Positions 46,782 through 57,186 of a stretch of 64,000 nucleotides of DNA are shown here, piece after piece (the first letter of the stretch is position 1; each line of letters starts with the position of its first letter). The position numbers and the translations under genes were made by a program. Under the pieces are notes generated by a model. It saw only the letters and a list, made by a program, of their open reading frames with translations, did no database searches and was not told the DNA's origin. The stretch comes from a candidate division TM6 bacterium GW2011_GWF2_32_72 (GTDB lineage: Bacteria > Babelota > Babeliae > Babelales > GWF2-32-72). The DNA is taken from positions 8,096 to 72,095 of the forward strand of contig LBON01000001.1 of assembly GCA_000989525.1 (NCBI GenBank). The letters are read 5' to 3'.

Positions 46782-48800
46782 ATGCGAATATATGAAACGG
46801 CAAAACAATTTGGTGTGACAAGTAAAGATTTGATAGAAATTCTGTCAGGTGCAGGATTTGATGTTCAGACTCACATGTCTGTAGTTTCGGATGACGCATT
46901 GGCTTTTTTAAATAAAAAGTATTCTAAAACAGCTCCTGTTACGCCTAAGTCTTTAGAAAAAAAAGAACAAGAAAAGACTCCTGAAAAAAAATCTTCGGCT
47001 AAAAATAAGCCTGCTGAGAACAAAAAGTCGGTTGCGCATAAAGCTCCTGCTAAAGCTTCTATTGAGAAAAAAATAGAAGTTAAAGAGGTTGCTCCGGTTG
47101 TTATTTTAAAAGCGATGACTCTTTCTGAGTTGGCCGGGCAAATGCAAAAACCTGTTACCGAATTGATAACGACTTTGTTAAAGCAAGGCGTTGTTTATGG
47201 CATGAATCAAATTTTGCCTGTTGAATTGGTAGAAACTTTGGCTGAATTTTTTGAGATACCTATTCAAAAAACAGAAGAAGCGTCTGTAGCTGTTAAGTCA
47301 GACATAGCAGCTGAAGAAAATTTTAAAAACTTAAAATCAAGAGCTCCAGTGGTGGCCGTTTTAGGTCACGTTGATCATGGAAAAACATCCCTTTTGGATT
47401 TTATTAGAAAAACTCGAGTTGCACTTAAGGAAAAGGGTGGAATTACCCAGCATCTTGGTGCATATCAAGCAACCACTTCTCATGGCCCTATAGTTTTTTT
47501 AGATACACCAGGACATGAAGCTTTTTCTTTAATAAGAGAAAGAGGTGTTCGGGCTGCAGACATTGTTATTTTAGTAATTGCTGCAGATGATAGTATCATG
47601 CCTCAAACAGTTGAGGCTATTAAATATGCTAAATCCATGGAAACGCCTATTGTTGTTGCTATAAATAAAATGGATAAAGTGGATGAGGCTCGAATTGAAG
47701 TTGTTCGTAGGGGCATGTCTCAATACGATTTACTACCAGAAGAGTGGGGCGGGGATGTTATTAGCGTACCTGTATCTGCAAAAACTGGAAAAGGCGTAGA
47801 CAAACTTTTAGAAATGATTTCCCTTCAAGCTGAAATGATGGATTTAAAGGCGGACGCTTCTGTTCCGGCTCGTGGCTTTGTCCTTGAATCTAAGGTTGAA
47901 GTAGGTCGAGGTGCTGTTGCGACAATCATTTGCAAGCATGGCACTTTGCAAGTTGGAGATTATTTTGTTTGCGGCAAGACTGTGGGCAGGGTAACTTCGA
48001 TGACCAATTCTTATAATGAAAGACTCAAATCTGTTGGGCCATCTATACCAGTTTTAGTTGCTGGATTTGAAGCTCTTCCTGCTGCGGGAGACTTTTTTGA
48101 GGTTGTTTCTGCTGAAGAATATAAAAATAAAAGATTTGAAAAACCGGCATCTAAGCCATTTCTCGGCTTTGATTTTGGTCAAGAGTATTATGGTTTAATA
48201 TTAAAAGGCGATACACATTCTTCCGTTGAAGCCATTGAAGAATCGATTAATAAATTAAATCCAGATCTTGAGGGCGACAAAAAATTTAAAATCCTTGAAA
48301 GAGGTGTTGGTGGTGTCACTGAAGGCGATGTTGCCATGGCCGATAGCACTAAGTCTTTGATTGTTGCATTTAATGTTAAGACCGATCCGGGTGCTATTGC
48401 ATTAGCCAAAAGAAATCATGTTGTTATTAAGCACTATAATATTATTTATAGGCTGTTAGATGAGCTTCAAGAAATAGCAAAGGCTGGCAAGACAATCGAA
48501 ATGGAATGGAAGAAAACTGGCGAAGCTGTTATCCGAAAAGTATTTGCTATAAAAGGTGTGGGCGTTGTTGCTGGAGCTTATGCTAATGAAGGTGTTTTGC
48601 GAGCAAAAGGCTCTAAGGTTATGGCTTGGAGAGGTAAGCAAAAAATAGGCGAAGGCACAGTTGATAGCCTTCAAAGAGACAAAAAAAATGTTAAAGAAGT
48701 TCATGCTGGTTATGAATGCGCCTTCTTGATTAAGGGCATTGATGATTGGCAAGTTGATGATAGAGCCGAATTTTATATAGAGGTTCCAAAACTTGATTGA
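46782..48800 (+). CDS. infB: Translation initiation factor IF-2.
   Basis: G-domain motifs VVAVLGHVDHGKTSLLD, DTPGHEAF and NKMD are present. The IF-2 beta-barrel domains are C-terminal. Confidence 0.95.
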   Translation: MRIYETAKQFGVTSKDLIEILSGAGFDVQTHMSVVSDDALAFLNKKYSKTAPVTPKSLEKKEQEKTPEKKSSAKNKPAENKKSVAHKAPAKASIEKKIEVKEVAPVVILKAMTLSELAGQMQKPVTELITTLLKQGVVYGMNQILPVELVETLAEFFEIPIQKTEEASVAVKSDIAAEENFKNLKSRAPVVAVLGHVDHGKTSLLDFIRKTRVALKEKGGITQHLGAYQATTSHGPIVFLDTPGHEAFSLIRERGVRAADIVILVIAADDSIMPQTVEAIKYAKSMETPIVVAINKMDKVDEARIEVVRRGMSQYDLLPEEWGGDVISVPVSAKTGKGVDKLLEMISLQAEMMDLKADASVPARGFVLESKVEVGRGAVATIICKHGTLQVGDYFVCGKTVGRVTSMTNSYNERLKSVGPSIPVLVAGFEALPAAGDFFEVVSAEEYKNKRFEKPASKPFLGFDFGQEYYGLILKGDTHSSVEAIEESINKLNPDLEGDKKFKILERGVGGVTEGDVAMADSTKSLIVAFNVKTDPGAIALAKRNHVVIKHYNIIYRLLDELQEIAKAGKTIEMEWKKTGEAVIRKVFAIKGVGVVAGAYANEGVLRAKGSKVMAWRGKQKIGEGTVDSLQRDKKNVKEVHAGYECAFLIKGIDDWQVDDRAEFYIEVPKLD

Positions 48801-49819
48801 TTAGCGCTTTAAAGGAGAGAGAAGTGTCTGATTTTTTGTTATCTATATTCTTTTGTTTAATTAATTCATTTTGGTTTGCAGCGAGTTTTGCTCCCATTTG
48901 TATTTATTTTGCAAAAAAATTTAATATAGTTGATGTTCCAGATGGACGAATTAAAATACATAAACAACCAACCCCTTATTTAGGCGGGTTGGTTGTTTAT
49001 TTTGGTTTAATGGTTGGTTCTTTTATTTTTTTACCAAATATTTCTACATTTACACTGATGTTGTTTGCATTATTTGGGTTAGTTTTGTTATTGGGTTTGC
49101 TGGACGATTTAATATTTTTACACCAAGGGATAAAGTTTTTGGGAATCGCAGTCCTATCCTTTTTTTTCTTATTAACTATTAATCATTTTATAGGCTTAGG
49201 CGATCATTTTTGGATTAAGTTTATTATCTATTGGGTTTGGATTATGTCTATTACCAACGCCTTTAATTTAATAGATATTATGGACGGCCTGTCTTCTACA
49301 TCTGTGTTTTTCCCGGCGGCATTTTTTCTTTTCGTGGCTATTTATCAGGGAAATTATCTTGCAACAATTTTGATTGCTTCTTTTTTGGGTGGAATTTTAG
49401 GCTTTTTCATTTTTAATGCGCCGCCTGCAAAAATATATATGGGTGATTCTGGCTCGCTTTTGTTGGGTTGTTTTATCTCAGTTGTGCCCTTGTTGTTAAA
49501 TTGGGAAAGCTTTGGATTGACAGGCTATTCTTTACCGATAATTGTTTTGGCAATTCCATGTCTTGAGGTTTTTGCATTAATTATTATTCGGTCTTATAAA
49601 AAGATTCCATTTTATTTAGGAAGTCCAGATCATTTTGCGATTTATCTTCAAAAAAGTGGCTGGTCAAAGTGGGGAGTGTTGGGTTTAGTCTCAATCCTAT
49701 CTTTGGTTGAAATTTTTGCGTGCCTTTCATATGTAATTTTTAACTTTAACTTTTTTGGGCTTGTTGTGGCTGGGGTTTGGTTTTTAATTGCATGGATCTT
49801 CTTAATATTCATTCTTTAG
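48797..49819 (+). CDS. Polyprenyl-phosphate N-acetylhexosamine-1-phosphate transferase of the MraY/WecA family.
   Basis: Multi-TM protein carrying the LLDDLIF (DDxxD) and NAFNLIDIMDGLSS (NAxNxxDGxDGL) motifs. The start overlaps the infB stop (ATGA). Confidence 0.65.
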   Translation: MISALKEREVSDFLLSIFFCLINSFWFAASFAPICIYFAKKFNIVDVPDGRIKIHKQPTPYLGGLVVYFGLMVGSFIFLPNISTFTLMLFALFGLVLLLGLLDDLIFLHQGIKFLGIAVLSFFFLLTINHFIGLGDHFWIKFIIYWVWIMSITNAFNLIDIMDGLSSTSVFFPAAFFLFVAIYQGNYLATILIASFLGGILGFFIFNAPPAKIYMGDSGSLLLGCFISVVPLLLNWESFGLTGYSLPIIVLAIPCLEVFALIIIRSYKKIPFYLGSPDHFAIYLQKSGWSKWGVLGLVSILSLVEIFACLSYVIFNFNFFGLVVAGVWFLIAWIFLIFIL

Positions 49820-50013
49820 CTTTTTGTTGCAAATTTTTGTTTTTGTTGTTTTTTGCATCACAAAAATAAAAAAAAGCTTTATTTAAGGCGTTTTTTTATG
49901 TTGCGTTTTTTTCTTTTAATAAAAAATTGTTTTTTGTGTTGTCTAGTTCATATTTGACATAGCTTACATTGATTGGTTGTAATTGAGGTTACACTGTATA
50001 CCAAAATGGAGGG

Positions 50014-50084
50014 GTGCAGATTTTAGTTAAAGGGTTTTAAGCTACGGTTTTCTTCCCAGCTCACCTAGAATCTGCACTTTTTTT
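50014..50084 (+). terminator. Long-loop hairpin followed by a T7 run. This is a possible terminator or small structured RNA.
   Basis: 9-bp stem gtgcagatt/aatctgcac enclosing a 46-nt loop, followed by ttttttt. Confidence 0.35.
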
Positions 50085-50152
50085 ATGTGTTTTTTTTATT
50101 AATTTTAAATATCTATTCAGGTTTGTTTTTATAAAGTATCTGTTAAAGAGGG

Positions 50153-51016
50153 TCAAACTATAAGTTTTTTTAATGTTTTTAGGTTAATTTGATCTTCTTT
50201 TAGATCTTTATCTTTAGGGGTTTCTAATATTTTGGGAACATTAATTAAATTTTTATCGTTCATAATGAGCCTAAATGCTTCAATTCCAATTTTGCCTTTA
50301 CCGATGTTTTCATGGCGGTCTTTTTGTGAGCCTTGGTCGAATTTGGAGTCGTTAACATGTATTGCTTTAAGGTTGGCAAGGCCCAAGACGTCATCAAAAT
50401 GTTTCCACATTATTTTATATGATTTTGGATTGCTAAAGTCATACCCAGCTGCAAACGCGTGACAGGTATCAAAACAGAAGCCTATTTTTTCCTTGTGTTT
50501 TATGTGTTTGCGAATTTCTGCAAGTTGTTCAAATGTTTTTCCTAAAGAGCTGCCTTGTCCTGCCATAGTTTCAAGAAGAATATTGGTTTTCGTTGAAATT
50601 TGTTCCAACGCGTTATCAATATTTTCTGCAACTATTAATAACGCGTCCTGAATAGAGCTCTCCAGGCTTGATCCTGGATGTAAAACTAAATAAGGTATGC
50701 CAAGTTGCTCGCATCTTTCTAATTCAATGGCAAGGGCTTCAATTGATTTTTTTTGAATGTCTTTGTCTGGCGATGCTAAATTTATAAGATAAGAGGCGTG
50801 TGCTATTACTACTTCCACAGATGAGTTTTTCCAGGCTAATTTAAAATCAGATATTTCTTTTTCAGTTATTTGTTTTGCCCTCCATTGTCTATTGCTTTTT
50901 GTGAATATTTGAATTGCGGTGCAATTTATTGATTCTCCTTTTTCAATTGCTTTGTCAAATCCATCAGAAATTAACATGTGTGCGCCAAGCAATGGATTTT
51001 TTAGGTTATGTGACAT
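50153..51016 (-). CDS. nfo: Endonuclease IV (AP endonuclease family 2).
   Basis: TIM-barrel Nfo blocks are present (…VVIAHASYLINLAS…LVLHPGS…CFDTCHAFAAGYD…AIHVNDSK…). Confidence 0.85.
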   Translation of the reverse strand: MSHNLKNPLLGAHMLISDGFDKAIEKGESINCTAIQIFTKSNRQWRAKQITEKEISDFKLAWKNSSVEVVIAHASYLINLASPDKDIQKKSIEALAIELERCEQLGIPYLVLHPGSSLESSIQDALLIVAENIDNALEQISTKTNILLETMAGQGSSLGKTFEQLAEIRKHIKHKEKIGFCFDTCHAFAAGYDFSNPKSYKIMWKHFDDVLGLANLKAIHVNDSKFDQGSQKDRHENIGKGKIGIEAFRLIMNDKNLINVPKILETPKDKDLKEDQINLKTLKKLIV

Positions 51017-51144
51017 AAATTCTCCATAAAAAGTTGAACATTTTTTTATTCCATTTAATCGGTTGTATCAGTTTTTATTGACAAAGGCCACTCTTATTTT
51101 AATCTATTCGTTTTGTTGTAAATCATTACAGTTTCGAGGGTTAT

Positions 51145-53136
51145 ATGAGTTTTAAAAAAGGCGGTCTTTTTGTATTAACTGCGTTGTTATTTAATTTTAT
51201 ATCTGCATCTGAAAAATCTAATAATGAATTGATTATACCTTTTCATAAAGAAAGTCCTGTGCATTTTAGAGAAAATGATATTGAATTTCAGTTTAAATTA
51301 AATCAAAGAACAGAGGCTTTTTTGGGAGAGTGGACGACTTACTTCAATACCCATGAAAGCTCAGATCAAATTTTTTATATACAGCATACTTTAGATGCTG
51401 AAGCCTATGCGGCTTATGGCTGTGAACGATTTGGTTCGAAGGTATTAGAGCTTGTGGGTGGAATGAGAAATCAGGCTATATTTGGTACGCCGGATTCCAT
51501 AGCTCAGACAACAGAAAATGAAATAAATGCAATAAACATGAATTTTGGCGCACATTATCATTTTTTACATAAACATTTAGTGTGGATGAAAGAGGCTTGG
51601 TTAAAATTTTCTTTGGATCATGCTTTTAAGTGTGAACATTCGCCGATTGATCCTGCTTATTTTATAAAGGCAGGTTATTTTTCGTTTGAGTTGGGCAGAG
51701 GTATTTCTTTGGGCGATGCATTTGCAGTCAATTCAGAGGTATTGGGCTTTTTTGGAAAAACATCGATTGTTGATCAGTTTGCACCAGGTTTACTTATCAG
51801 CGGTAAATGTTTAAAGGATCGCTGCACCTATGATTTTTATTTGTCTACTATTGATAATCAAGATACTGATTTAGAAAAAACATCAGAAAAAATTTATTCA
51901 CAAATGTATAAAAAAAGGAATCAAATTAATGGTTTATATAGAGGGCCTTTTCATATAGCAACCATTGCTGCAAGTAGATTAAAATGTAAAGTAGTTGATC
52001 AAAAAGTAGATAGTGGAGTGGCAGAGCTTTATGGTTTGTGGTTATATGATCCTGAACAAGATGTAGAGACTAAAGCTGATGCTAAATCGAATTTGTATAC
52101 AGTTGGTGTTTCTGGAGAATTTCATTTAGGAAAAGTGGAGTTTGGTTTTGATACAGCTAAAAACTTTGGTTCACAATTTGTTTTCGCTCTTGATCGAAAT
52201 AAAAAAAGTTTAGCTGAAAATACAGAATATGTTGGGGCAGCAACTGTAGTGAATAGCCATATTGTTTTAAATGATGATTCTGGAAAAGAAGTGTTGGGTG
52301 CACCATATGGTGTACAAACCTCAAAAAATAGAAGCGTTCAAACACTTGTTAATGATTGTGAGGTTGGGGAGGCCTTTAATGGTAAACAATTGGGGCTTGC
52401 AGATGAAACGGTGACCATTGGTGAGGATCAATCTTATAAAATTTACAATGCTGAAGATCGCTTTAGGAATTCTTATTATAATAAATTTTCGGGCGTTATG
52501 TTTGTCTCTGATGTTTGTTATTGGGTCAAGCCGGAAGATTTTTTTGTGGCCGCAGCATTTGGCTATGCTTCAGGTGACGGAGATCCTCAAATAGAAACTA
52601 AAGACAAGACATTTAAAGGATTTATCCCGGTACAGTCTGTTTATTCTGGCGGGGATAAAGTTCGAAGCTTTTTTGTTTTGGGTGGAGGCGGAAGTCTTAA
52701 GCGTATTATTTCGATTCAGCATAAGAGCAATGAAGCTACAACCATATCAGGGCTTACGGATTTGATGTATGTAGGTATTAGCGCAAAGCGAGCACCGGCA
52801 GATTGTGAACAAAAATGGTATTTTAATCCCAACGTTTTAGCTTATTGGAAGACACATCCGCTCAAAGAATATTTGAATTGTTTCAGTATTCCAATTGATG
52901 ATGAAGATGCTAATCCATGTACGGATAGACAAATAGAATTGAGTCGTTTTTTAGGAATAGAACTTAATATCTTTGCGGGTTATTCAATATTTGAAAGTAT
53001 CGAAGCCTTTTTTGCTGGTTCAGCGTTTATTCCAGGACATTTTTTTGAGGAGAGAAAAGAAGATTTATTGGGCGATTATGTTTTGGGTGATGATATTGGA
53101 TTCAGTTTAAACTTTGGTTTTAACTATCATTTCTAA
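51145..53136 (+). CDS. Outer-membrane beta-barrel protein, tandem paralog 1.
   Basis: A signal peptide is present. The body is G/Y/F-rich and beta-strand-like. The C-terminus is FGFNYHF. It is about 60-65% identical to the downstream gene. Confidence 0.6.
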   Translation: MSFKKGGLFVLTALLFNFISASEKSNNELIIPFHKESPVHFRENDIEFQFKLNQRTEAFLGEWTTYFNTHESSDQIFYIQHTLDAEAYAAYGCERFGSKVLELVGGMRNQAIFGTPDSIAQTTENEINAINMNFGAHYHFLHKHLVWMKEAWLKFSLDHAFKCEHSPIDPAYFIKAGYFSFELGRGISLGDAFAVNSEVLGFFGKTSIVDQFAPGLLISGKCLKDRCTYDFYLSTIDNQDTDLEKTSEKIYSQMYKKRNQINGLYRGPFHIATIAASRLKCKVVDQKVDSGVAELYGLWLYDPEQDVETKADAKSNLYTVGVSGEFHLGKVEFGFDTAKNFGSQFVFALDRNKKSLAENTEYVGAATVVNSHIVLNDDSGKEVLGAPYGVQTSKNRSVQTLVNDCEVGEAFNGKQLGLADETVTIGEDQSYKIYNAEDRFRNSYYNKFSGVMFVSDVCYWVKPEDFFVAAAFGYASGDGDPQIETKDKTFKGFIPVQSVYSGGDKVRSFFVLGGGGSLKRIISIQHKSNEATTISGLTDLMYVGISAKRAPADCEQKWYFNPNVLAYWKTHPLKEYLNCFSIPIDDEDANPCTDRQIELSRFLGIELNIFAGYSIFESIEAFFAGSAFIPGHFFEERKEDLLGDYVLGDDIGFSLNFGFNYHF

Positions 53137-53179
53137 TTGACAAAGATGCGTCTTATTTTAGTCTATCATTTGCGTTTAG

Positions 53180-55216
53180 TTGTTATATTTCAAGAGGGAT
53201 TTTATGGATATTAAAAATAATTATTTTTTAGGGTTAGTTTTATTGGCTTCAAATTGTGTGTTTGCGCAAGAGCAGAAAACAGAAGATAAGAAGACAGCTA
53301 AAACAGTTGTTCCCTTTAATAAAATATCGCCAGCTCATTTTTTTGATAACGATACTGAATTTAAATTTAATTTAACTAACAGGTCAGAAGCTTTTTTTGG
53401 TGAATGGACAACCTATTTAAATCATAGTGTACCTCAAGATCAAATGTTGTTTGCAAGGCATACGTTAGATGCAAAAGTAACAATTGGTTATGGACAAAAT
53501 CGTTATGGCTGTAAAGTTGTTGAAATGGGTGCAGGTATGCGAAACAGGGCTATTTGGGGAACTCCTGATTCTATTGCGCAAACAACAAGAAATGAAATTC
53601 CAAGTATGGGTGCAAATTTTGGTGCTCACTTCCACTACTTACATAAACATTTTATTTGGATGAGAGAGGCTTGGTTGAAATTTTCTTTAGACCATGCATT
53701 TAGATGTATGGATGATTCACAGCCTCAAGTAGATCATTTTATTAGACTTGGATATTTTTCATATCAGTTAGGTCGAGGTATTTCTTTGGGAGATGCTTTT
53801 GCCGTTAACTCTGCCTTTTTAGGTTTCTATGGAAAAAGTTCTATTGTCGATCAATTTGCTCCTGGATTACAAATTAGTGGTAAATGTATAAAAGGTCGTT
53901 GCAATTATGATTTTTATCTTTCCACAGTAGACAATAAAGACACAGATTTAGATAAAACAGGTCAAAAAATTTACACTCAAATGTATGAAAGAAGAAATCA
54001 GACAAATGGTGAAATTAGAGGAGCATTCCATATAGCAACAATTTTAGCAGCAAGATTAAAATGTAAAGTTATTGATCAGCCAAAAGATAAAGGCAATGCA
54101 GAGCTTTATGGTTTATGGTTTTATGATCCAGAACAAATGGTTGAGCTTCCTGCTGATACAAGATCAAATCTTTACACTATTGGCGCTGCCGGTGAATTTA
54201 ATTTAGGTAAAATAGAATTTGGTTTTGATTGTGCTAAAAACTTTGGTTCGCAGTTTGTATTGGGAATTGATCGTAACAAAAAGTCATTAGAAGAAAATAA
54301 AGATTCAATAGGCGCTGTAACATTAACAAACAGCCACGTTGTGTTGAATAATGCATCAGGCACAAAAGTTTTGGGCGCTCCTTATGATGTAAAAACAAGC
54401 AAAGACAGAAGTGTTCAAAGACTTGTTACGGATTGCGATACTGGTGAATATTACAACGGCAAACAATTGGGTTTTGAAGATGAAACCATGGTGACTGTTG
54501 TTGGAGGAACCCCATATAATATTTATAACGCAAGCGATAGATTCAGAAATTCTTATACTAATAAATTTAATGGGGCAATGTTTGTTACAGATGTAAGTTA
54601 TTGGGTTGTTCCAAAAGATTTTTATATAGCAACGGCTTTTGGTTATGCCTCTGGTGGAGACAATCCTCATACTCGCCACAATGATGAAACATTTACAGGT
54701 TTTATTCCTGTGCAATCTGCTTACGCTGGTGGTGATAAAGTTCGCAGCTATTTTGTTCTTGGTGGTGGTGGAAAATTAAAACGAATTCTTTCTTATAAAC
54801 GTAAAAACAGCGTGGCTGCAACAGTTTCTGGTTTTACAGATTTGATGTACATTGGTATCGGTTCCAAGTGGGCACCCGTTAAGTGCAATAAAAAATGGTA
54901 TATTCATCCAAATGCTTTGATCTATTGGAAGACACACCATATTGCAGAATATGTTGATTGTAATACTAATGTTGCTTCAGATGAAAGAACCAATTCTTGC
55001 ACCGAACAAGAAAGGCTTGCAAGTAACTTTTTGGGATCTGAACTAAATTTATTTTTGGGATATCATACATTTGAAAGTTTAGAGTTCTTTTTTGCCGGCT
55101 CTTTCTTTATTCCGGGCAATCATTATACGGAAAGAAAGGGTGATTTAGCTGGTGATTATCCATTGGGAGATGATCCTGCATTCGCCTTAAACTTTGGTTT
55201 TAACTATAGGTTCTAG
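53180..55216 (+). CDS. Outer-membrane beta-barrel protein, tandem paralog 2.
   Basis: A signal peptide is present. The C-terminus is FGFNYRF. Long identical blocks are shared with paralog 1 (RNEI...NFGAHFHYLHKH.IWM.EAWLKFSLDHAF). Confidence 0.6.
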   Translation: MLYFKRDFMDIKNNYFLGLVLLASNCVFAQEQKTEDKKTAKTVVPFNKISPAHFFDNDTEFKFNLTNRSEAFFGEWTTYLNHSVPQDQMLFARHTLDAKVTIGYGQNRYGCKVVEMGAGMRNRAIWGTPDSIAQTTRNEIPSMGANFGAHFHYLHKHFIWMREAWLKFSLDHAFRCMDDSQPQVDHFIRLGYFSYQLGRGISLGDAFAVNSAFLGFYGKSSIVDQFAPGLQISGKCIKGRCNYDFYLSTVDNKDTDLDKTGQKIYTQMYERRNQTNGEIRGAFHIATILAARLKCKVIDQPKDKGNAELYGLWFYDPEQMVELPADTRSNLYTIGAAGEFNLGKIEFGFDCAKNFGSQFVLGIDRNKKSLEENKDSIGAVTLTNSHVVLNNASGTKVLGAPYDVKTSKDRSVQRLVTDCDTGEYYNGKQLGFEDETMVTVVGGTPYNIYNASDRFRNSYTNKFNGAMFVTDVSYWVVPKDFYIATAFGYASGGDNPHTRHNDETFTGFIPVQSAYAGGDKVRSYFVLGGGGKLKRILSYKRKNSVAATVSGFTDLMYIGIGSKWAPVKCNKKWYIHPNALIYWKTHHIAEYVDCNTNVASDERTNSCTEQERLASNFLGSELNLFLGYHTFESLEFFFAGSFFIPGNHYTERKGDLAGDYPLGDDPAFALNFGFNYRF

Positions 55217-55230
55217 TTATAAATTATGTA

Positions 55231-55262
55231 AAATGGGCCAGTTAATCTGGCCCATTTTTTGT
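55231..55262 (+). terminator. Rho-independent terminator after the OMP pair.
   Basis: Stem aaatgggcca/tggcccattt with a 7-nt loop and a T-run. Confidence 0.7.
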
Positions 55263-55402
55263 GCACAATTTTGATTTGTGATACGCTTTAAATTATATTT
55301 TTAACATTTTTGTGTTGAAATTGAGATTTGTTAGTTTGTTTTTAGCAAAACATTTTTAACAAAATATAAAGTTGGTTTTAAAAAGATTTTTTAAGGAACA
55401 AA

Positions 55403-57169
55403 ATGGCATTTTTTGAAAAAACTATTGCTTGTGGTCTGGTCAACAAAAGTTTAGTTGGCAAAGAAGTTACCCTTGTTGGTTGGGTTAATAAAAGAAGAGA
55501 CCTTGGAAAATTAATTTTTATAGATTTAAGAGACCGTGAAGGTTTAATGCAAGTTATTTTTAGTTCAGAGTTTTCAGAACCTGCCCACGAACTTGCACAC
55601 TCTCTTCGTCCAGAGTTTGTGATTCAAGTTACAGGTAAAGTTGTAGAAAGAGTTGGTGATATTAATAAAGATATGCCAACTGGTGCCTTAGAATTACAGG
55701 CAACATCATTAGAAATTTTAAATGAATCAAAGCCTTTGCCATTTTCTTTAACTAGCGCAGATGAAATTGATGAAGAGTTGCGATTGAAATATCGTTATCT
55801 TGATCTTCGTCGTCCAGAAATGCAAAAAAAATTAGCGCTTAGAAATAAAGTTATTTTTGCAATGCGAAAATTTTTAATTTCAGAAGGTTTTTATGAAGTT
55901 GAGACTCCTATCCTTAGTCGATACACTGTCGAGGGAGCTCGTGAATTTTTGGTGCCTTCTCGTGTGCATAAAAAATGTGTTTACTCTCTTCCTCAATCGC
56001 CACAAATTTTTAAACAAATTTTGATGGGTTCCGGAGTTGAAAAATATTTTCAAGTTGCTAGGTGTTTCCGTGATGAAGCTTTGCGTGCAGATAGACAGCC
56101 AGAATTTACTCAGCTTGATTTAGAAATGTCATTTGCAAAGGATGGTGATATTAGAAGCATTATAGAAAAATTATTGACGTTTGTTTTTGAAAAAGTTTTT
56201 ACAACAAAACTTAAGACACCATTTAATTCGATTGCATACGATGATGCTATGTTTAATTATGGCTCAGATAAACCAGATGTTCGCTTTGAATTAAAAATTA
56301 GAGATTTTACATCTTGCTTTAAAAATACAGAAGTTAAGTTTTTAAAATCTGTATTAGAGTCTGAGGGTAAAATTGGCGGTATTTGTGTGAAGGATCATAA
56401 TTTTTCTAGATCCGCATTAGATAAATGGACCAAGCAAGCACAGGAGTTTGGGGCAAAGGGTCTCCTTTGGATTAAGTTTTCTGAAGACGGAAAATTTGAA
56501 TCACCTATTGCTAAATTTTTACCAGCAAATTTTTTTGATTTGGCAAAGAACATTTGTCCAGAGTTAAAGATGGGTGAAACCTTATTTTTGATGGCTGGCG
56601 AATATGTTGATACTTGGGGCTTGTTGGGTCGTTTAAGATTAGATTTAGCAAAAGAATTAAATTTAATTCCTGCAAATACATCAGCATGGTTGTGGGTTAC
56701 AGATTTTCCTCTTTTTGAATTAGATAAAGAAACTGGCAAGTGGAATCCTGTTCATCATCCATTTACAACACCAGCAAAGGGTTGGGAGAACTTAGCGCCA
56801 GGACAAATGAAGGCAATTGCATATGATCTTGTTTTGAATGGTGTTGAAATTGGTGGTGGTTCTGTGCGAATTCACAAACCAGAATTACAGGCTAAAGTTT
56901 TTGATTTATTAGGTTTAAATAAACAACAAATGGAAGAAATTTTTGGTTTCTTTTTGGCGGTTCAAGAATCTGGTTTACCTCCACACGCAGGGATTGGCTT
57001 AGGTTTAGATAGATTATTAATGTTATTAACAAATTCACCATCAATACGAGAAGTTATAGCATTTCCAAAGACCTTAAAAGGTTATGATTTAATGACAGGA
57101 TCTCCAACATCGATTCCTGAAGAAAAGTTGGAAATGTACGGACTAAAGTTTGTTCCAGAAAAAAAATAG
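55403..57169 (+). CDS. aspS: Aspartyl-tRNA synthetase.
   Basis: Class II aaRS motifs are present ([30 protein letters not shown]). The N-terminal anticodon-binding OB fold is present. GatB is also in the window, so this enzyme may be non-discriminating. Confidence 0.95.
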   Translation: MAFFEKTIACGLVNKSLVGKEVTLVGWVNKRRDLGKLIFIDLRDREGLMQVIFSSEFSEPAHELAHSLRPEFVIQVTGKVVERVGDINKDMPTGALELQATSLEILNESKPLPFSLTSADEIDEELRLKYRYLDLRRPEMQKKLALRNKVIFAMRKFLISEGFYEVETPILSRYTVEGAREFLVPSRVHKKCVYSLPQSPQIFKQILMGSGVEKYFQVARCFRDEALRADRQPEFTQLDLEMSFAKDGDIRSIIEKLLTFVFEKVFTTKLKTPFNSIAYDDAMFNYGSDKPDVRFELKIRDFTSCFKNTEVKFLKSVLESEGKIGGICVKDHNFSRSALDKWTKQAQEFGAKGLLWIKFSEDGKFESPIAKFLPANFFDLAKNICPELKMGETLFLMAGEYVDTWGLLGRLRLDLAKELNLIPANTSAWLWVTDFPLFELDKETGKWNPVHHPFTTPAKGWENLAPGQMKAIAYDLVLNGVEIGGGSVRIHKPELQAKVFDLLGLNKQQMEEIFGFFLAVQESGLPPHAGIGLGLDRLLMLLTNSPSIREVIAFPKTLKGYDLMTGSPTSIPEEKLEMYGLKFVPEKK

Positions 57170-57186
57170 TTTTTAGGAGAGAGTAA

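Noticed and set aside
54172-54715. Minus-strand ORFs (63 and 119 aa) inside the second OMP paralog, plus similar antisense ORFs inside aspS (56395-56739) and at the aspS-eno junction (57054-57446).
   Set aside because: All lie antisense to strongly supported genes. None has a start context.
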